Below are positions 11,860 through 24,064 of a stretch of DNA of 60,000 bases, piece by piece. Position numbers and translations under genes: made by a program. The notes beneath the pieces are model-generated. The model was not told where the DNA came from and did no database searches. It was given only the letters and a program-made list of their open reading frames with translations. Source of the stretch: Laetmonice hystrix (lineage: Eukaryota); the NCBI GenBank assembly GCA_965235115.1, contig OZ249436.1:16432001-16492000 (forward strand). Direction: 5' to 3'. How positions within the stretch are numbered: the stretch's first letter is position 1; each line of letters opens with the position of its first letter.

Positions 11860-12960
11860 GCAGTGACCTCTTGTTTCTGAGGACTCTCCTGTGGCAGTGA
11901 CCAGTTGGTTCTGAAGATTGTCCTGTTGCAGCGACCAGTTGGTTCTGAGGACTGTCCTGTGAGGACTGCCCTGTGGCAGCGACCAGTTGGTTCTGAGGAT
12001 TGTCCTGTTGCGGCGACCAGTTGGTTCTGAGGACTGTCCTGTGGCAGTGACCAATTGGTTCTGAGGGCTGTCCTGTGGTAGTCACCAGTTGGTTGTGAGG
12101 AATGTCCTATGAGAATGATCAGTTGGTTCTGAGGATTGTTCTGTTGCAGCGACCAGTTGGTTCTGAGGACTGTCCTGTGAGGACTGTCCTGTGGCAGCGA
12201 CCAGTTGGTTCTGAGGACTGTCCTGTGAGGACTGCCCTGTGGCAGCGACCAGTTGGTTCTGAGGACTGTCCTGTTACAGCGACCAGTCGGTTCTGAGGAC
12301 TGTCCTGTGACAATAACCAGTTGATTCTGAGTACTCTCCTGTGGCAGTGACCAGTTGGTTCTGAGGAATGTCCTATGAGAATGATCAGTTGGTTCTGAGG
12401 ATTGTTCTGTTGCAGCGACCAGTTGGTTCTAAGGACTGTCCTGTGAGGACTGTCCTGTGGCAGCGACCAGTTGGTTCTGAGGACTGTCCTGTGAGGACTG
12501 CCCTGTGGTAGCGACCAGTTGGTTCTGAGCCGACCAGTTGGTTCTGAGGACTGTCCTGTTACAGCGACCAGTCGGTTCTGAGGACTGTCCTGTGACAATA
12601 ACCAGTTGATTCTAAGTACTCTCCTGTGGCAGTGACCAGTTGGTTCTAAGGAATGTCCTGTGAGAATGATCAGTTGGTTCTGAGGATTGTTCTGTTGCAG
12701 CGACCAGTTGGTTCTAAGGACTGTCCTGTGAGGAATGTCCTGTGAGAATGACCAGTTGGTTCTGAGGAATGTCCTGTGAGAATGACCAGTTGGTTCTGAG
12801 GAATGTCCTGTGAGAATGACCAGTTGATTCTGAGTACTCTCCTGTGGCAGTGACCAGTTGGTTCTGAGGAATGTCCTGTGAGAATGACCAGTTGGTTCTG
12901 AGGACTGTCCTGTGCTAGCACCATGCAGTTGGTTCTGAGGACTGTCCTGTGGCAGTGACG
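11860..12960. repeat. Complex minisatellite (~34-bp unit with 14-bp sub-duplications and higher-order blocks)
   Basis: Variants of gaccagttggttctgaggactgtcctgtggcagc. Confidence 0.92.
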
Positions 12961-13614
12961 GGTTGTTGAACCCCAGGCAGCCAAATGTTTGCGGTATTCA
13001 CACTGATGGAAGTCCACATCCCTCGTCGTGGCCGATGAGACTGTTGGTTGGGATGAACACCTTTTATTACCAGAGTTTATTGAATTCCAGGCGGCGTCTG
13101 TTGACACAGAACGCTGCATACCAGAACACGCGACCGCCTGATGCTGGCGCCCCCTCCCGGTGCAAGTAATGATTCCATGTCATTCAGGCATTCTAATTTA
13201 TGATAAAACAATTTGTTACTTAACCGGACCAAGAGTTTTAATCAGCGGGGAAATAAAGTGTGCAGGGGTTGCAACAACTGTACACGGCCCAGACAGCTGT
13301 GAGCACTGCAGACAATAGGGTTACGCTGTGTGAATCTAAGCCATATACAAGGAAAATCGAATAAACAGGAGATGGTATAAGAAATAATGGTTAAAAATGG
13401 TTAAAATAATGGTTAAAAAATGGTTCAAGAAAGGAATTAATAAGCATTAATGGATGAACTCAGTGCTCTGCAGCAGAACCAAGTTCTTTTGGCTCGCAAA
13501 TATAGCTTGCAATTGAAAACTACTCAATCGAATCAGATGCTTTTGATGTTTATTTTCCTTCAAAAAATTCTTTTCGTACCACACAGGTTGCTTGGGTATT
13601 CAATTGGGCTAATG

Positions 13615-13740
13615 GGCTGACCGCGAGCCGTGGTCTGGGACCGCTAGCCGTGGTCTGGGACCGCTAGCCGTGGTCTGGGACCGCTAGCCGTGGTCTGGGA
13701 CCGCTAGCCGTGGTCTGGGACTGTGAGCCGTGGTCTGGGA
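13615..13740. repeat. Minisatellite, 20-bp unit
   Basis: ccgctagccgtggtctggga x6. Confidence 0.92.
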
Positions 13741-14052
13741 GATTGAGAGGCTGGAATCACCGCTGGCTGTGGTTAACAGTTACTGGCCGTAGGTGATCTA
13801 CGAACATAACTCGGTCGTCACTCAATCCAGTCAGAAGCGGGTTAATGTGGCAATGGGAACGGTTAGATTGAGGCAGAGTCTTATTGGCAATGCGACGTCA
13901 TCAACCTCGGCTTGTGGCAATCAAGTTTCCTTCTTGTCACCGCATGCAGTACACGTCGTTCGCAGTTGAGCATCAGCAAATAAGGTGGACACCCGAGATC
14001 GTCCTGTGGAAATAGTGAGCACTGCAAGCTCATCAAGGTAACCATTTATGAG

Positions 14053-15357
14053 TTTATCAAGGTGACCGTGGGTGGGGTTATCAAGGGGACCGTGGGTGGG
14101 GTTATCAAGGTGACCGTGGTGGGTTTATCAAGGTGACCGTGGCTGGGGTTATCAAGGTGACCGTGGCTGGGGTTATCAAGGTGACCGTGGGTGGGGTTAT
14201 CAAGGGGACCGTGGGTGGGTTTATCAAGATGACCGTGGGTGGGGTTATCAAGGTGACCGTGGCTGGGGTTATCAAGGGGACCGTGGGTGGGGTTATCAAG
14301 GGGACCGTGGCTGGGGTTATCAAGGGGACCGTGGGTGGGTTTATCAAGGGGACCGTGGGTAGGGTTATCAAGGGGACCGTGGGTGGGTTTATCAAGGTGA
14401 CCGTGGCTGGGGTTATCAAGGGGACCGTGGGTGGGGTTATCGAGGGGACCGTGGGTGGGGTTATCAAGGGGACCATGGGGTTATCAAGGGGACCGTGGGT
14501 GGGGGTTATCAAGGGGACCGTGGGTGGGGTTATCAAGGGGACCGTGGGTGGGGTTATCAAGGGGACCGTGGGTGGGTTTATCAAGGTGACCGTGGCTGGG
14601 GTTATCAAGGTGACCGTGGCTGGGGTTATCAAGGTGACCGTGGGGTTATCAAGGGGACCGTGGGTGGGGTTATCAAGGGGACCGTGGGTGGGGTTATCAA
14701 GGGGACCGTGGGTGGGGTTATCAAGGTGACCGTGGGTGGGGTTATCAAGGGGACCGTGGCTGGGGTTATCAAGGGGACCGTGGCCGGGGTTATCAAGGGG
14801 ACCGTGGGTGGGGTTATCGAGGGGACCGTGGGTGGGGTTATCAAGGGGACCGTGGGTGGGGTTATCAAGGGGACCGTGGCTGGGGTTATTAAGGGGACCG
14901 TGGCTGGAGTTATCAAGGGGACCGTGGCTGGAGTTATCAAGGGGACCATGGGGTTATCGAGGGGACCGTGGCTGGGGTTATCGAGGGGACCGTGGCTGGA
15001 GTTATCAAGGGGACCATGGGGTTATCGAGGGGACCGTGGGTGGGGTTATCAAGGGGACCGTGGCTGGGGTTATCAAGGGGACCGTGGGTGGAGTTATCAA
15101 GGGGACCGTGGGTGGGGTTATCAAGGGGACTGTGGCTGGAGTTATCAAGGGGACTGTGGCTGGCTTTATCAAGGGGACCGTGGGTGGGGTTATTAAGGGG
15201 ACCATGGGGTTTTCGAGGGGACCGTGGCTGGGGTTATTAAGGGGACCGTGGCTGGAGTTATCAAGGGGACCATGGCTGGAGTTTTTAAGGGGACCGTGGC
15301 TGGAGTTATCAAGGGGACCATGGGGTTATCGAGGGGACCGTGGCTGAGGTTATCGAA
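14053..15357. repeat. G-rich minisatellite, 24-bp unit, ~55 copies
   Basis: Unit ggggttatcaaggggaccgtgggt. Confidence 0.95.
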
Positions 15358-15903
15358 GGAACATCACTGCGTCCCATATATTTGTATTTACGGTGTGTTG
15401 AAACATCTAAGAGTTGTATGTATAGGATGGCAATTATTAAAGTCCATCTACATGTGAAGCTAATTAAATTTAAGTACATTGCAACCTGTGCTTTCACTGA
15501 GAACATCTATAATTCACTATGGCCGCCCCAGTTGACAGATGGGGCTCAGGGACGATCCCTCGGGCTAGGGGCGACATCTAGCGGCACATACCTGCATTGT
15601 TTCTGTGTTTTGTGACCATGCTGTCGACGTCGAGCCATTTTTTAGACTGAGTTTCCGTCTCCCAAAGGGGGGAAACAAATAGCAATATTGCCAGTCCTCT
15701 CGTACCATGACAAAACTTTCCCACGATTCAATTGATTTAATGCCGCAATTAGGGGGAACGTAGGATATAAATATGCTTAAAAATATATGAGAAGAGGCAT
15801 CCCTTATGACTTCAGCTATATGAAGAATTCTCTTGAAGGATTCTCGCCCGGCCAACAGTAGGCCGGGGGTAGGCGGCGGAAGGCGGGAGGAGTCCGGGGG
15901 ATA

Positions 15904-17427
15904 CTATGAAGACCATAAGGTATGAAGACCATAAGGTGACATTACCCCCCCCCGTTACTCGCCCCGTTCCTCGCTGGGTAGGGTTATTAGGGTTAGCGTT
16001 AGCGGGGCGAGTGGCGAGTGGCGGGGCAAGTAGCGAGTAGCAGGAGCGAGTGGCGAGTGGCGGGGCAAGTAGCGAGTAGCAGGAGCGAGTGGCGAGTGGC
16101 GGGGCAAGTGGCGAGTAGCGGGAGCGAGTGGCGAGTGGCGGGCAAGTGGCGAGTAGCGGGGCGAGTGGCGAACCGCGAGTGGCGGGTAATGTCACCTTAT
16201 TATGAAGACCATAAGGTGACATAGCCGCCACTCGCCCCGCTACTCGCCCCGCCACTCGCCACTCGCCCCGCTACTCGCCACTTGGCCCGCTACTCGCCCC
16301 GCTACTCGCCACTCGCCCCGCTATACTCGCCCCGCCACTCGCCCCGCCACTCGCCCTGCTAACGCTAATACCCCCGTCACACTTATTCGGAATCAGCAGG
16401 AATCAAGCAGAACCAGCCGGAATGAAGAATTTTCAAAATTCGCGCCACATTCGGGAGGGAATTTCAAATTGACCAAAATTCTTACAGCTTTGTAAGAATG
16501 GCGTCCGAATACTTAGAATGCACTTCGAACCCGCCTCGAATGATTCTTGTACATTCCGGGTGTATTAGCTCGAATGTAGTTGGAACACAGTAGGAATATT
16601 TAGAATATTGTTAGAATGCAGTCAGAATATTTAGAATGCACCTCGTATGCCGTACGAGTGCGGTTCGATTGCTGCCCAAATACCGCCCGATGTCGGGTTG
16701 GAAGGTGCCTCCAATGCTGTACGAATTCACCTCAAATGCAGTCAGAACGCTCCCGGAATGGCCGCCGAATATGGTTCGAACGTCCAAAAATTCAAACAGA
16801 ATGCAGCTCGAACACTTAGAATGCACTTCGAATGTACTTAGAATGTAACACGAATGTCCGAGTATAGATTCCGGCAGCAATCGAGATGCATTCGAGGTGC
16901 ATTCCGGCTCATTCGAGACATTCTGGCAGGATTTGAAGTGGCTTGCCGTTTCGATTCTCCCTCGAATGCGATCAGAATGTTTCGAATGCTGTTGGAATGC
17001 CGTAAGAATATTTAGAATGCAGTCAGAGTGCATTTAGAATACACTTCGAATGCCGTTCGATATTTTTCCCCTTGAGCAAAACATTCGGGCCGGCCACAAG
17101 AATGGGCCCGAATATTTGGAATGCACTCAGAATGCAGTCAGAACTTTTAGAATGCACTTCGAATATCCAGGAATATACCAAGAATTTTCATTCCGACAGC
17201 ATTCTGGCTCATTCCGCCTCTAGTGTGACTAGGGTATAACCCTAACCCTAACCGGCGGGTAGCGGGGCGAGTGGCGAGTGGCGGGGCGAGTAGCGGGGCG
17301 AGTGGCGAGTAGCGGAGCGAGTGGCGAGTGGCGGGGCGAGTAGCGGGGCGAGTGGCGAGTAGCGGAGCGAGTGGCGAGGCGAGTAGCGGGGCGAGTGGCG
17401 GGTGATGTCATCTTATGGTCTTCATAG
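15904..17427. mobile_element. Composite TIR element: two oppositely oriented copies with internal TTAGGG and (gcgagtg/gcgggg) arrays
   Basis: TIR ctatgaagaccataagg / cttatggtcttcatag. Copy A is 15921-16200 and inverted copy B is 16201-17427. Confidence 0.7.
16369..17236. mobile_element. PIF/Harbinger-like MITE (gaatgc-rich), nested
   Basis: TIR tacccccgtcacact / agtgtgactagggta (13/15 match). TSD TAA at 16366-68 and 17237-39. Confidence 0.85.
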
Positions 17428-17459
17428 AGAATACAGCATACTGTCACAGGAGCCAGGCA

Positions 17460-17618
17460 GCCGTTCTCGTTCTAACGGCAGGTTAGGGGACCACCGCCAC
17501 GGTGGCACCGCTCTCGGTCTAACGGCAGGTTAGGGGACCACCGTACGGCGGCACCGCTCTCGGTCTAACGGCAGGTTAGGAAACCACGGTGGCACCGCTC
17601 TCGGTCTAACGGCAGGTT
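17460..17618. repeat. Short tandem repeat, ~40-50-bp unit
   Basis: ctctcggtctaacggcaggttaggg x4. Confidence 0.8.
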
Positions 17619-17639
17619 CAGGGCACCCAGAAAAGGGCG

Positions 17640-18882
17640 CTCGTCGATCAGTTTACGGCAGCCAGGAAATATGTGACAACTCAATTACTTGAGCATTGCT
17701 TTCTGTCCGGATGAGAGGATATTGTAACCGTGTCGGCCAGACTACCGCCAATATGTCGGCTAATGGAGTTCAGGCCCGGATGAAATAAGGAGGAGGCCAG
17801 GTGGAATTATGTTTGTAACAGAATATGTCAAAGTTGTCTTGGCTGCACGAGGTAACGTCGGCAGTGACGTCACGCTCCATCAGGAGAAGGGGAAGGGGTG
17901 CCCAGTTAAAAGGACTTGTCATAAATTTGATTACATCTGTCACGAGAACGGTCCAGTTGGGAGAAATACATTTCTTCCAGATTCCAGATGACAAAAACTA
18001 ATTAAAAACATTGGGGGGGGGGGGGGACAGTTGGGTGGCCGGGGATTGTCTTCACCGACCTGATACAGTGATACCTGAGTAGCTGGGGGTAGCAGGCAAG
18101 TTACTGCTGGCAATCTTCACTCAGGGGGAGTCACTTTACTAAACATAGCTGGGAGTAGCAGGCAACTGCTGGCAATCCCCAGGGAGTCCCAGTCTCCCGA
18201 GATCAGCAAACAGTCAGTCGGTAGGGCAGCAGTCAGTCGGTAGGACAACAGTCAGTCGGCAAGGCAACAGTCAGCAGGGCAGGTCAGTTGGTAGGGCAGC
18301 AGTCAGTAGACCAGCAGACAGTCAGTATACCAGCAGTCAATCGGTAGACCAGCAGTCAGTCGGTACATCAGCAGTCAGTCGGTAGGGCAGCAGTCAGTCG
18401 GTAGGGCGGCAGTCAGTCGGTAAATCAGCAATCAGTCGGTAGGGCAGCATTCAGTCGGTAGGGCAGCAGTCAGTCGGGAGGGCAGCAGTCAGTCGGTAGA
18501 TCAGCAGTCAGTCGGTAGATCGGCAGTCAGTCGGTAGATCGGCAGTCAGTCGGTAGATCGGCAGTCAGTCGGTAGGGCAGCAGTCGGTCAGTCCTCCCAT
18601 TGTTAGTTACAGCGTGAAGCCAGTGAATGTGCAGCCTCGTGTGAACGGATGTTCTCGGGGATGGCTGTGTCCTGCAGGGACCAAGCACGCGGGTGAATTG
18701 TCATTCAGCTATGGGCAGATTAGTGAGTGGATTACCGAGCAGATTAGTAGACGGATTACCGAACAGATAAGTAAACTCGCTATGTCAGGGTGAGATTAAG
18801 GGCTTAAGGTCGGCTATGGTGGAGAACCCGTGGGGAACAACCGTGCTTTTACAGCTTGCACCCCTACATCTTCTGACATCAT
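17640..18882 (-). mobile_element. Possible highly decayed Gypsy-like LTR retrotransposon remnant
   Basis: Minus strand tgatgtcagaag resembles a tRNA-Leu PBS (TGGTGTCAGAAG). Degenerate zinc-knuckle-like LYQVGEDNPRPPNCP near 18030-18075. No RT or integrase seen. Confidence 0.25.
18205..18592. repeat. Minisatellite, 20-bp unit
   Basis: Unit cagcagtcagtcggtagggc. Confidence 0.9.
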
Positions 18883-18893
18883 GTCGACATGTA

Positions 18894-19889
18894 CGCATAC
18901 CCCAACCTAATCATGTCAGGACTCCAGTAGGCCCAGCACCTCTAGTGGGCCCCGCATACCCCAACATAATCATGTCAGGACTCCAGTAGGCCCAGCACCT
19001 CTAGTGGGCCCCGCATACCCCAACATAATCATGTCAGGACTCCAGTAGGCCCAGCACCTCTAGTGGGCCCCGCATACCCCAACATAATCATGTCAGGACT
19101 CCAGTAGGCCCAGTATACACCTCTAGTGGGCCCCCCCATACCCCAACATCATCATGTCAGGACTCCAGTAGGCCCAGCATACACCTCTAGTGGGCCCCGC
19201 ATACCCCAACATAATCATGTCAGGACTCCAGTAGGCCCAGTATACACCTCTAGTGGGCCCCCCATACCCCAACATCATCATGTCAGGACTCCAGTAGGCC
19301 CAGTATCCACCTCTAGTGGGCCCCGCATACCCCAACATCATCATGTCAGGACTCCAGTATGCCCAGTATACACCTCTAGTGGGCCCCGCATACCCCAACA
19401 TAATCATGTCAGGACTCCAGTAGGCCCAGCATACACCTCTAGTGGGCCCCCCATACCCCAACATAATCATGTCAGGACTCCAGTAGGCCCAGTATACACC
19501 TCTAGTGGGCCCCGCATACCCCAACATAATCATGTCAGGACTCCAGTAGGCCCAGCACCTCTAGTGGGCCCCCCATACCCCAACATAATCATGTCAGGAC
19601 TCCAGTAGGCCCAGCATACACCTCTAGTGGGCCCCCCATACCCCAACATAATCATGTCAGGACTCCAGTAGGCCCAGTATACACCTCTAATGGGCCCCCC
19701 ACCCAACATAATCATGTCAGTACTCCAGTAGGTCCAGCATACACCTCTAGTGGGCCCCGCATACCCCAACATAATCATGTCAGGACTCCAGTAGGTCCAG
19801 CATACACCTCTAGTGGGCCCCGCATACCCCAACATAATCATGTCAGGACTCCAGTAGTCCCAGCACCTCTAGTGGGCCCCGCATACCCA
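18894..19889. repeat. Minisatellite, 59/63-bp unit, ~16 copies
   Basis: Unit ataccccaacataatcatgtcaggactccagtaggcccagc(atac)acctctagtgggccccgc. Confidence 0.95.
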
Positions 19890-20321
19890 AGAACTCACCC
19901 AGCGTACCTGAGAACTCGTGGACCCAGTCTAGACAGTACAAAACATCCAGTCAGCTCAATAGGGTTGCCGGAAAGTTTAGTCCATTCCCAGTGATTTATC
20001 CCCTCCCCGACCCTTGCCCCGCATGGCAAAGCTTATCTCTAACCCGAGATTCAGTCAAGTCCCCTCACACTCCCGCCAGTGTGACATCAGCTCCAGAACA
20101 CAGTGGTAGCACCGAGTACTGTTACAGTTGATACACACAGGGGCGGGATTTTCAAGACGGGGGGGGGGGGGGCTATGGAAAAAGGGCACTTTCGCAAACC
20201 GCCCCCCCCCCCCAGTGAGTAGCCTACACAGTCAAATAGAAGTGGCATAGATGGACATGCCCATATATCAACAGGGCCGTAGCTAGAAATTTTCGAGTGT
20301 GGGGGCAGTCAGGGACATTTG

Positions 20322-20737
20322 ATGACGGTGACCGTTAGAGAGGGGCTGGTGACGGTGTCCGTTAGAGAGGGGCTGGTGACGGTGACCGTTAGAGAGGGGC
20401 TGGTGACGGTGACCGTTAGAGAGGGGCTGGTGACGGTGTCCGTTAGAGAGGGGCTGGTGACGGTGACCGTTAGAGAGGGGCTGGTGATGGTGACCGTTAG
20501 AGAGGGGCTGGTGACGGTGACCGTTAGAGAGGGGCTGGTGACAGTGTCCGTTAGAGAGGGGCTGGTGACAGTGACCGTTAGAGAGGGGCTGGTGACGGTG
20601 ACCGTTAGAGAGGGGCTGGTGACGGTGACCGTTAGAGAGGGGCTGGTGACGGTGACCGTTAGAGAGGGGCTGGTGACAGTGTCCGTTAGAGAGGGGATGG
20701 TGACGGTGACCGTTAGAGAGGGGATGGTGACGGTGAC
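20322..20737. repeat. Minisatellite, 27-bp unit, just 3' of ELOVL
   Basis: gtgacggtgaccgttagagaggggctg x~15. Confidence 0.95.
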
Positions 20738-20850
20738 GTCAGTCGTCAGTGGTGAGCAGGTAAGCAGAAAACTGAAGATTTCGGTCTATACCCCCGTGAC
20801 ATATTTCCTTTAACTCTGTTAAAACATAACCAGCAGTTAGCAAGATTCCA

Positions 20851-20890
20851 TTTATTTACAAAACCGTACATTTGACAGGTTTTTTTTATT
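20851..20890 (-). promoter_or_regulatory. Candidate polyadenylation signals of the ELOVL gene
   Basis: AATAAA on the minus strand at 20890-20885 and 20856-20851, shortly after the stop codon. Confidence 0.45.
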
Positions 20891-20937
20891 ACGAGGCACC
20901 AACTACTGTGAAAGATCTCTCAAACAGTCACAAGGCC

Positions 20938-21738
20938 TTATTTTCTTTTCTTGATGTATGTCTTGTGGAAGAAGTTGGCGAAGAGCAGCAAGTAGGTGGA
21001 GTACATGATGAAGGAGAGGATGTTGTTAAGGTAGGTTTGTTGGCAGGGTAGGCGGTGTATTAGCAGGTAGTATGTGCAGCCGTTCAGGGCCACCCCGGCG
21101 GCCATCTGTGTGAGCTGGAGACCGGTGACCGTTGACCGCACGGCCCGCGGGACGGCCACCCCCGCCGCTCGCGCCGTGTAGTAGGAGTACATCACGGCAT
21201 GCACGGCGTAGTTCATGGTGATCCCCCACCGGCCCAGCCCAATGAAATCTTTGTACGACAGGAACATGTAGATGAGAGTGACCAGGTGGTGGTACCAGTG
21301 CAGAAAGATGAGCGGCTGCTTCCTCAGTACGATGAAGAGCGTGTCGCCCAGCTCGACCACCTTGGACCAAGTGTAGAGCAGCACCCAGAAGCCGCTCGGT
21401 CCCAGGTAGAAGCTTGGGTTGCAGACCGAGAAGCTGAGGCCGTAGGTGGAGAGAACGTGGAAGAGTTCGGGCGCCGTGCGCAGGGTGCCGAGAATACTGA
21501 AGACGGCCAGAGCGCCACTCCAGACGGCGAGTGCCGACCGCAGACCGAAGGCCGACCGCCCCCTCATCATTTCACGGAGACCAAATATCACGAGCACGTA
21601 CAGCGCGCCCACCAGTACGCTGCACGTCCAGTTGGCTTCCATCCAGGCACGGTGGGGGTTCGCGTCAAAGTGCTTCTCAATGTCAAATAATAACACATGT
21701 TTCACAGCGGGGATCTCCGCCAGGACGTCTGCTGCCAT
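20938..21738 (-). CDS. ELOVL6-like: Very-long-chain fatty acid elongase, ELOVL3/6 subfamily, single coding exon, 266 aa
   Basis: ELO motifs KVVELGDT, LHWYHH, MNYAVHAVMYSYY and TGLQLTQM. Multiple hydrophobic TM segments and a C-terminal KKRK ER-retrieval signal. ATG at 21738 lies 3 nt after a gtgtttcag acceptor. Confidence 0.95.
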   Translation of the reverse strand: MAADVLAEIPAVKHVLLFDIEKHFDANPHRAWMEANWTCSVLVGALYVLVIFGLREMMRGRSAFGLRSALAVWSGALAVFSILGTLRTAPELFHVLSTYGLSFSVCNPSFYLGPSGFWVLLYTWSKVVELGDTLFIVLRKQPLIFLHWYHHLVTLIYMFLSYKDFIGLGRWGITMNYAVHAVMYSYYTARAAGVAVPRAVRSTVTGLQLTQMAAGVALNGCTYYLLIHRLPCQQTYLNNILSFIMYSTYLLLFANFFHKTYIKKRK

Positions 21739-21797
21739 CGTCTGAAACACGTAACAGTCACAATAATTGGCCATTGAGACCGAACAGTGCGAATGGA

Positions 21798-22607
21798 GGT
21801 TACACAATGGGTCATGGCGATCAGACAGAACATATGGGAGTTAGACAATGGGTCATGGCGATCAGACAGAACATATGGGAGTTAGACAATGGGTCATGGC
21901 GATCAGATAGAACATAATGGTGGTAACACAATGGGTCATGGCGATCAGACAGAACATATGGGAGTTAGACAATGGGTCATGGTAATCAGATAGAACATAA
22001 TGGTGGTAACACAATGGGTCATGGCGATCAGACATGCAGAACATATGGGAGTTAGACAATGGGTCATGGTAATCAGATAGAACATAATGGTGGTAACACA
22101 ATGGGTCATGGCGATCAGACAGAACATATGGGAGTTAGACAATGGGTCATGTCGATCAGGCAGAACATAATAATTATGGAAGTTAGACAATGGGTCATGG
22201 CGATCAGGCAGAACATATGGGAGTTAGACAATGGGTCAGACAGAACATATGGGAGTTAGACAATGGGTCATGGCGATCAGACAGAACATATGGGAGTTAG
22301 ACAATGGGTCATGTCGATCAGGCAGAACATATGGGAGTTGGACAATGGGTCATGGTAATCAGATAGAACATAATGGTGGTAACACAATGGGTCATGGCGA
22401 TCAGACAGAACATGTGGGAGTTAGACAATGGGTCATGGTAATCAGATAGAACATAATGGTGGTAACACAATGGGTCATGGCGATCAGACAGAACATGTGG
22501 GAGTTAGACAATGGGTCATGGTAATCAGATAGAACATAATGGTGGTAACACAATGGGTCTTGGCCATCAGAGAGAACATATGGGAGTTAGACAATGGGTC
22601 ATGGCGA
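21798..22607. repeat. Minisatellite, alternating 41/42-bp units, in the putative ELOVL 5' intron
   Basis: Units acaatgggtcatggcgatcagacagaacatatgggagttag and ...gatagaacataatggtggtaac. Confidence 0.93.
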
Positions 22608-23059
22608 GAGGTTAGGGTAACCCTAACCTAACCCTAACAACCTTTGGTAGTAAGTACACACAAAGGTTAGGGTAACCCTAACCTGACCCTGACAACCTTA
22701 CGCGTTGGGTCCCGTTTTGGTTTCTCGCGCCCGGACTCGGCCAGGAAACGGGGGCGAGAGATGCAAATGCTGTTTTTATGAATCGTCATAGATCTTCTTT
22801 TGTGCCACGTTGCCTGATCATTGGCAAAAAGAAGTGTAAATTATCATCGTAATTAACATTAATTGCACTTAATGTTCGATATATTCGGCAACATTAGTAA
22901 ATTTATTCTTTAATTAACGCTAACCATCGTCCGAAATGAACAGCTGCAGTAAGGAGTAGTCGGGTGTAATTGTCTTAACGTACTATATTGAGGTATGGTA
23001 CTCAAACTGAGCGATTATCAGCGGTATAGACACAAGGAGATAGGCCCCTATAGCGACGG

Positions 23060-23600
23060 AGAGAGACAGATACACAGAGAGAGACACACAGAGACAGAGA
23101 TATAAAGAGACAGAGGCAGAGAGACACACAGAGACAGAGAGACACAGATACAAAGAGGCACGGAGACAGAGAGACACAGAGACAACAGGCAGAGATACAG
23201 AGACAGAGAGACAGAGAGAGACGCACAGACAGAGAGACAGAGAGACAGGGAGGCAGAGATACAGAGACAGAGACACAGAGACAGAGACACAGAAACAGAG
23301 AAGCAGAGAGAGACACAGAGACAGAGATATAAAAAGACAGAGAGGCAGAGAGACACACAGAGACAGAGAGACACACATACAGAGAGGCACAGAGACAGAG
23401 ACACAGAGAGAGACGCACAGACAGAGAGACACGGAGGCAGAGATACAGAGACAGAAAGACACAGAGACAGAGAGGCACACAGACAGAGAGACAGAGAGAG
23501 ACGCACAGACAGAGAGACAGAGAGACACAGAGACACAGAGACAGAGAGACACAGAGACAGAGAGGCAGAGAGAGACACACACAGAGACCGAGACAAAGAC
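23060..23600. repeat. Degenerate (GA/CA)n microsatellite
   Basis: agagacacagagacag... tract. Confidence 0.95.
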
Positions 23601-24064
23601 ACATATAACGACGGGGAGAGAAAGACAGACAGGCAGGCAAGAAAAGTGAATGATTTTTAAAAAGTTTTGCTAATTATGAGGAGCGTTTAGTAACTGGGAA
23701 ATTTAATTAGGCTCTAGACACCTAGGATTTTATGTCTGGGATTGACTTGTTCCAGGAGAGAAGGTACGGCGATAGCTGACTGAGTGCAGTAGGCATACAG
23801 ACACATTTCAATCTTGTTTCAGGTCTAAGTATATTCAATACTTCGAAACTTTTTAATATGCAATGGTGAACTTGTTTATTTAATCCTAAACTTGTTTATT
23901 GGAGGAGACCTAGCACAATCATGTTATGGATAGGACAGAAGGTTTTATCAATCCAGTGGGATAGATTCAAGATCAGGTATGCTTGAAATACGCGGATTCG
24001 TAGGAGATAGGGACAAAACTCGGCGGCCGTAGGGTGATCGATTACCTTTAATGTTTACCTAGTG

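Noticed and set aside
21739..21807. N-terminal extension of the ELOVL ORF (MCNLHSH...)
   Set aside because: It begins at a non-ATG codon within the minisatellite edge and crosses a good splice acceptor. The real start is ATG 21738.
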